Source: an uncultured Gammaproteobacteria bacterium
GTDB lineage: Bacteria > Pseudomonadota > Gammaproteobacteria > JAURND01
Reading direction: 5' to 3'
Length of the DNA stretch: 64,000 bases
Assembly (NCBI GenBank): GCA_963714975.1
Contig: CAVQQD010000001.1
Span: 192,001-256,000 of the forward strand
In this document: positions 59,636-64,000 of the stretch, piece after piece
Layout of the letters: the number at the start of each line of letters is the position of its first letter
How positions within the stretch are numbered: position 1 is the stretch's first letter
The notes under the pieces: generated by a model
What the model was told of the DNA's origin: nothing
The model's database searches: none
Seen by the model: the letters and a program-made list of their open reading frames with translations, nothing else
Translations under genes and position numbers: made by a program

Positions 59636-60523
59636 TTAAGCACGTAGTTTTTCCGCTAATTCTCGACCAAGACGCTCAGCTGCTGAGGAAGGACCCGTTA
59701 CTCGAGCTGTAGCAACGGTATAAGTTTCAGGATTGCCCAGCAAACCCCGAACCGTCATTTGCTGACCTTGCATGGTCGCATAAGCGCCAATCGGCATCTG
59801 ACAGCCGCCATTCAGAGCAAGGTTCATCGCACGCTCTGCAGTAATACACAGCCGCGCTACTGGGTCTTCTAATGTGGCCAGCCAATCCAGCACTACTTGA
59901 TTCGACTCATGGCATTCAATGCCAATCGCACCCTGACCTACGGCAGGAATCCACACTTCCGGATTGAGATAGCTGCGAATTCGTACTTCTTGTTGCAAGC
60001 GCTTAAGACCTGCAGCCGCTAAAATAATCGCGTCATAGCGCCCTTGATCTAATTTTTGCAGTCTAGTCCCCACATTCCCACGCAAGTTTTCCACATTTAT
60101 ATCAGGGCGCAGCGCTTTTAGCTGGCAAGTACGCCGGCTGCTGGAAGTACCCACCGTGGCTCCGTGAGGTAACTCTTCTACAGCAGAAAATTGATGTGAA
60201 ATAAAAACATCCCGTGGATCCTCTCGAGGGCAGACCGCCGCTAGTATTAATCGATCCGTCAGCTCCGCAGGCATATCCTTGATGGAGTGGACGGCAATAT
60301 CGGCACGACGCTCCAAAATAGCTTTTTCCAATTCCTTAACAAACAACCCTTTGCCCCCAATCTGCGACAACGGGGTGGTCAATAATTTATCTCCCTCAGT
60401 CATTAAGCCAATGATTTCAACCACAAGCCCCGGATGCGCTGCCTCTACAGCTGTTTTCACATAATGGGCTTGCCATAGGGCCAGGGGGCTTTTGCGCGTA
60501 GCAATTCTTAGTACGGAATTCAT
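59636..60523 (-). CDS. hemC: Porphobilinogen deaminase
   Basis: RIATRKSPLALWQA, GGKGLFVKELE, GTSSSRR, LRGNVGTRL, GGCQMP. Confidence 0.96.
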   Translation of the reverse strand: MNSVLRIATRKSPLALWQAHYVKTAVEAAHPGLVVEIIGLMTEGDKLLTTPLSQIGGKGLFVKELEKAILERRADIAVHSIKDMPAELTDRLILAAVCPREDPRDVFISHQFSAVEELPHGATVGTSSSRRTCQLKALRPDINVENLRGNVGTRLQKLDQGRYDAIILAAAGLKRLQQEVRIRSYLNPEVWIPAVGQGAIGIECHESNQVVLDWLATLEDPVARLCITAERAMNLALNGGCQMPIGAYATMQGQQMTVRGLLGNPETYTVATARVTGPSSAAERLGRELAEKLRA

Positions 60524-60530
60524 ATTAAGT

Positions 60531-61037
60531 TCACTTTTTAGGCGCCGGCTTGAGCTTAAACAGCTCTAATTCTTCATAGACATTCTCTGGCTTCACCGAA
60601 ATCGCCAACTGAAACGCGCAAGCATCGGGGGTGATAGCTTCACAGTTTTTATAACCGCCTTTATCCGCAGTCCAGTTCCCTCCCACTGGAGACTGCACTA
60701 ACGACGGACGTTGCAATTCCACAGGAAAATCATAACTTTCTGCCGTAATATAGACACAAATCACTTCCCCAAAAGTCACCCCCACCCATTGTGCCCCCGC
60801 AAATTTTTGCAACGACTTAACAAAAAAAGGCGTCGTGCTTTTCCAACCATTAGACGCCCCCCATGTGTTGTCCGGATTTTTCTTCACCCTCTCCACCGGC
60901 GGACAAGTCTCCCGCTTAAAGGTGATGTCTTTAATCGCCACTGGAGCATGGGCAATGGGGGGGCTTTTTTGGGCCAAGGCTGGGGCAAATACCGATAACG
61001 CGACTGCCACAGTGACTAATTGATAAAAATACTTCAT
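60531..61037 (-). CDS. Secreted Cys-containing protein resembling Coxiella EirA (T4SS-associated)
   Basis: Signal peptide; CPP..KNP..TW...GWKS, GAQWVG...VICVY, FPV.LQR, KGGYK.C match my recollection of EirA; adjacent to hemC. Confidence 0.65.
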   Translation of the reverse strand: MKYFYQLVTVAVALSVFAPALAQKSPPIAHAPVAIKDITFKRETCPPVERVKKNPDNTWGASNGWKSTTPFFVKSLQKFAGAQWVGVTFGEVICVYITAESYDFPVELQRPSLVQSPVGGNWTADKGGYKNCEAITPDACAFQLAISVKPENVYEELELFKLKPAPKK

Positions 61038-61063
61038 GCAGAACCTCTCTTTCTTTTGCTAGA

Positions 61064-63007
61064 ATGCAGAATATGCAAAGTACTCTTATTTTAGACTCTC
61101 TCAATCCGGCTCAGCAAGCAGCAGTGACTGCACCTGCCGAGCATCACTTAATTCTCGCCGGCGCGGGCAGCGGTAAAACACGGGTATTGGTGCATCGGAT
61201 TGCTTGGCTGGTCATTGAGCAACGAATTTCCCCAGAACGTATTTTAGCCGTCACCTTCACCAACAAAGCAGCACAGCAAATGCATGAACGCATTGAAGGA
61301 TTGCTCCACGTGCCAGTATCTCATCTTTGGATCGGGACTTTTCATGGCATGGCGCATCGCTTGTTGCGCCGCCATTGGCAAGCGGCGGAACTCCCCAACA
61401 CCTTCCAAGTCATTGATAGTGACGACCAGCAACGACTCATCCGGCGGGTAATGAAAAATCAAAAACTCGATGACGATCGCTGGCCACCGAAACAAGCCCA
61501 ATGGTTTATCAATACCCAAAAAGAAGAAGGAATCCGCTCCCAGCAGGTGGATCACACAGCAAGCCCGCTGAGCCGGGCTTACGCACCCATTTATCAAGAA
61601 TACGAGCAAATTTGCCGGAGTTCTGGTCTGGTCGATTTCTCAGAATTGTTGCTACGCAGCTATGAATTGCTCCAGCAAAACCCAGAATTGCTTACGCATT
61701 ATCAGGAACGATTTCAACATATTTTAGTGGATGAATTTCAAGACACCAATCAGATTCAATATCGCTGGTTGCAGTTGCTCGCCGGTACGCAAAGTAAGCT
61801 GATGATGGTAGGTGATGATGATCAGTCTATTTATAGCTGGCGTGGCGCTAAGGCCGAACATCTGCAGCGCTTCATTAAAGACTATCCCAGAGTACAAACG
61901 GTGCGCTTAGAAGAAAACTACCGTTCTACCGGCAGGATTTTAGCTGCGGCCAATGGGGTTATTTCCCATAATCAACAGCGGCTTGGGAAAAATTTGTGGA
62001 CCCAGGCTCAGCCGGGGGAAAAAATAAACCTCTATGCCGCCATAAGAGATCGGGATGAGGCGCAATTTGTCATCAACCAAGTGTATCGTTGGATAGAAGG
62101 CGGGGGCAGTCAACGTGATGCGGCGGTCTTGTATCGATCCAATGCCCAATCGCGGGTGTTAGAAGAAGCCCTGCTGCAGGCCGGCATGTCCTACCGAATT
62201 TATGGGGGATTACGCTTTTTTGAGCGCGCGGAAATAAAAGACGCTCTGGCTTATTTACGTTTGATAGTCAATCCTGCTGACGACGGCGCTTTTGAACGGG
62301 TCGTGAATTTGCCCGCCCGTGGTATCGGAGAAACTACGCTCGCCACCATCCAAGATTGCGCCCGGCAACAGCGTACTTCATTTTGGCACGCCGGAGAAAT
62401 TTTGTTGCAGGCGGGAACTTTGGCTGCCCGCTCAGCAACCGCTATTCGTGGTTTTATGCAATTAATTCAAGACCTACGAACCGCCAGCAGCCACATGGCT
62501 TTGCCAGAGCAGGTAAGCTATGTGTTAGAAAAAAGTGGCTTGCTGTATTATTACCGCCAAGATGCTTCCGAAAAAGGCCGGGGGCGGGTGGAAAACCTGG
62601 AGGAATTAATCAATGGCATCTATCAATTTACCCCTCAACAGGATCCAGAAAGTGCCACTCCTTTGACGGCGTATTTAGCGCATGTCACTTTAAATTCGGG
62701 AGAAGAAGCCGGAGATCCGATGGCAGATAGTATTCATTTGATGACGTTGCATTCGGCCAAAGGCTTGGAATTTCCTCTGGTATTTTTAACCGGCATGGAA
62801 GAAGGTTTATTCCCGCATGCGATGTCAGCACGTGATCCCAGACAGCTCGAAGAGGAGCGGCGATTGTGCTATGTGGGGATGACGCGAGCGATGGGTAAAT
62901 TGTATATGACTTATGCGCAAAGCCGTTATTTAAATGGCAAAGAGATGTACCAACGTCCCTCTCGATTTTTAAAAGAAATTCCGCGGGAGTGTATTGCTTA
63001 TGCCTGA
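61064..63007 (+). CDS. uvrD: DNA helicase II (UvrD), lacking the usual C-terminal extension
   Basis: AGAGSGKT, VDEFQDTN, LEENYRST, TLHSAKGLEF, EEERRLCYVGMTRA. Confidence 0.93.
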   Translation: MQNMQSTLILDSLNPAQQAAVTAPAEHHLILAGAGSGKTRVLVHRIAWLVIEQRISPERILAVTFTNKAAQQMHERIEGLLHVPVSHLWIGTFHGMAHRLLRRHWQAAELPNTFQVIDSDDQQRLIRRVMKNQKLDDDRWPPKQAQWFINTQKEEGIRSQQVDHTASPLSRAYAPIYQEYEQICRSSGLVDFSELLLRSYELLQQNPELLTHYQERFQHILVDEFQDTNQIQYRWLQLLAGTQSKLMMVGDDDQSIYSWRGAKAEHLQRFIKDYPRVQTVRLEENYRSTGRILAAANGVISHNQQRLGKNLWTQAQPGEKINLYAAIRDRDEAQFVINQVYRWIEGGGSQRDAAVLYRSNAQSRVLEEALLQAGMSYRIYGGLRFFERAEIKDALAYLRLIVNPADDGAFERVVNLPARGIGETTLATIQDCARQQRTSFWHAGEILLQAGTLAARSATAIRGFMQLIQDLRTASSHMALPEQVSYVLEKSGLLYYYRQDASEKGRGRVENLEELINGIYQFTPQQDPESATPLTAYLAHVTLNSGEEAGDPMADSIHLMTLHSAKGLEFPLVFLTGMEEGLFPHAMSARDPRQLEEERRLCYVGMTRAMGKLYMTYAQSRYLNGKEMYQRPSRFLKEIPRECIAYA

Positions 63008-63968
63008 AGAAACAACCTCTCAACCCAAACAGCCCGGTTTATTGGCAAAAATAATTGCCCTAATCGCACTAGTGATTGCAGTCGCTTGCGCCATCGCACT
63101 GCTCTATTTTGGGCAACGCATTGCTTTCATGCAAAATACTTTGGCCACAGAACCTAAGCTGCATCAACAACTGACAGCACAAGCCACTGCCATCCAAAAT
63201 CTCCAGCAGCAAATGCAGCGCTCTCAGTTGGAGATTCAGCAAGCCCAACAGGCCAGGGCCACTGATAATCATTTGGCGCTCATTGAAGCGGATTACTTAG
63301 TCAATCTCGCCGCATTTAACTTGCTGGCTGAAAATAATGTGAGTTTAGCTCGACAATTACTGAGAAGTGCCGATCAACGCATTGCGATGCACGGCGATTC
63401 GCGATTACTACCGGTGCGAGAAGCTCTGGGCGCTGATTTGGCTGAGCTCGATGCCGTGCCTACTATTGATGTAGCCGGGCTCATCATTCAGCTCAATGCA
63501 CTCACAGCGCAGGTAGAGCAATTACCGCGCGTCCCTTTGCTGAATAAACAGGCTCCCCCGACAACAGTAGCACCCGCCAAGCCAGCCCATCCATCCTGGA
63601 AAGAACAAGCAAAGCAATTCCTAGAACAAGTAGGAAAAACTTTGGAAAGTTTGTTCGTGGTACGTTACGAAACAGGACAAGTAGCGCCCCTATTACCTCC
63701 TGACCACTATGTATTTATCGTCGCTAATATTCAATCGCAATTAGCAATAGCACAATGGGCAGTACTGCATCGCCAGCCTGAAGTATACCAACAAGCTCTC
63801 AACCAGGCCGCCACTTGGATCCAGCGCTATTTTCCAGCAGATAATCCTGTCGTACAGGCGCTATTAAAGAACTTACATGAATTATTAACCATCCCCGTGA
63901 AGTCACCCTTACCGAATTTAGATCGCAGCGTTCAAGCCATTTTGCAAGCTTTAAAATCCGCGGGTTAG
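62994..63968 (+). CDS. hemX: HemX-family membrane protein
   Basis: N-terminal TM, coiled coil, EADYLVNLA, LRSADQRI, APLLPP, WIQRYF. Confidence 0.85.
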   Translation: MLMPEETTSQPKQPGLLAKIIALIALVIAVACAIALLYFGQRIAFMQNTLATEPKLHQQLTAQATAIQNLQQQMQRSQLEIQQAQQARATDNHLALIEADYLVNLAAFNLLAENNVSLARQLLRSADQRIAMHGDSRLLPVREALGADLAELDAVPTIDVAGLIIQLNALTAQVEQLPRVPLLNKQAPPTTVAPAKPAHPSWKEQAKQFLEQVGKTLESLFVVRYETGQVAPLLPPDHYVFIVANIQSQLAIAQWAVLHRQPEVYQQALNQAATWIQRYFPADNPVVQALLKNLHELLTIPVKSPLPNLDRSVQAILQALKSAG

Positions 63969-63981
63969 GGAGAGGGGGCTT

Positions 63982-64000
63982 ATGAAAAAACTACTCATCC
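63982..64000 (+). CDS. Start of next gene, probably hemY (truncated by window edge)
   Basis: ATG AAA AAA CTA CTC ATC after GGAGAGG; identity inferred from synteny only. Confidence 0.4.

Overview
Chromosomal segment of a gammaproteobacterium, most likely a host-associated Coxiellaceae/Legionellales-like organism. This rests on a DotK/IcmN-like OmpA protein, an EirA-like protein, ankyrin and Sel1-repeat proteins, and a eukaryote-type OMP decarboxylase. Housekeeping genes include rnpB, 6S RNA, zapA, pgi, rplM-rpsI-tRNA-Gln-sspAB, ychF, lgt, sucCD, murI, pyrE/pyrF, mrcA, gpmI, pth, rplY, hemC, uvrD and hemX. Four accessory features stand out. (1) An AT-richer 13-kb island (about 32.2-45.0 kb) joins a CheY-less Wsp/Frz-like chemosensory operon to a receiver-adenylate cyclase, a receiver-histidine kinase, a cNMP-binding patatin phospholipase and an Apyc1-like cNMP phosphodiesterase. 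This is a candidate complete make-sense-erase cyclic-nucleotide circuit and the best candidate for an undescribed system. (2) A seven-member family of unknown multi-TM proteins lies at 11.5-21.7 kb, with ychF embedded among them. (3) Three paralogous small membrane proteins between pyrE and pyrF are each preceded by a copy of a ~205-bp MITE-like element. (4) Several families of REP/RPE-like palindromes are present, some translated inside core proteins. All assignments come from motif recognition by eye; no searches were run.
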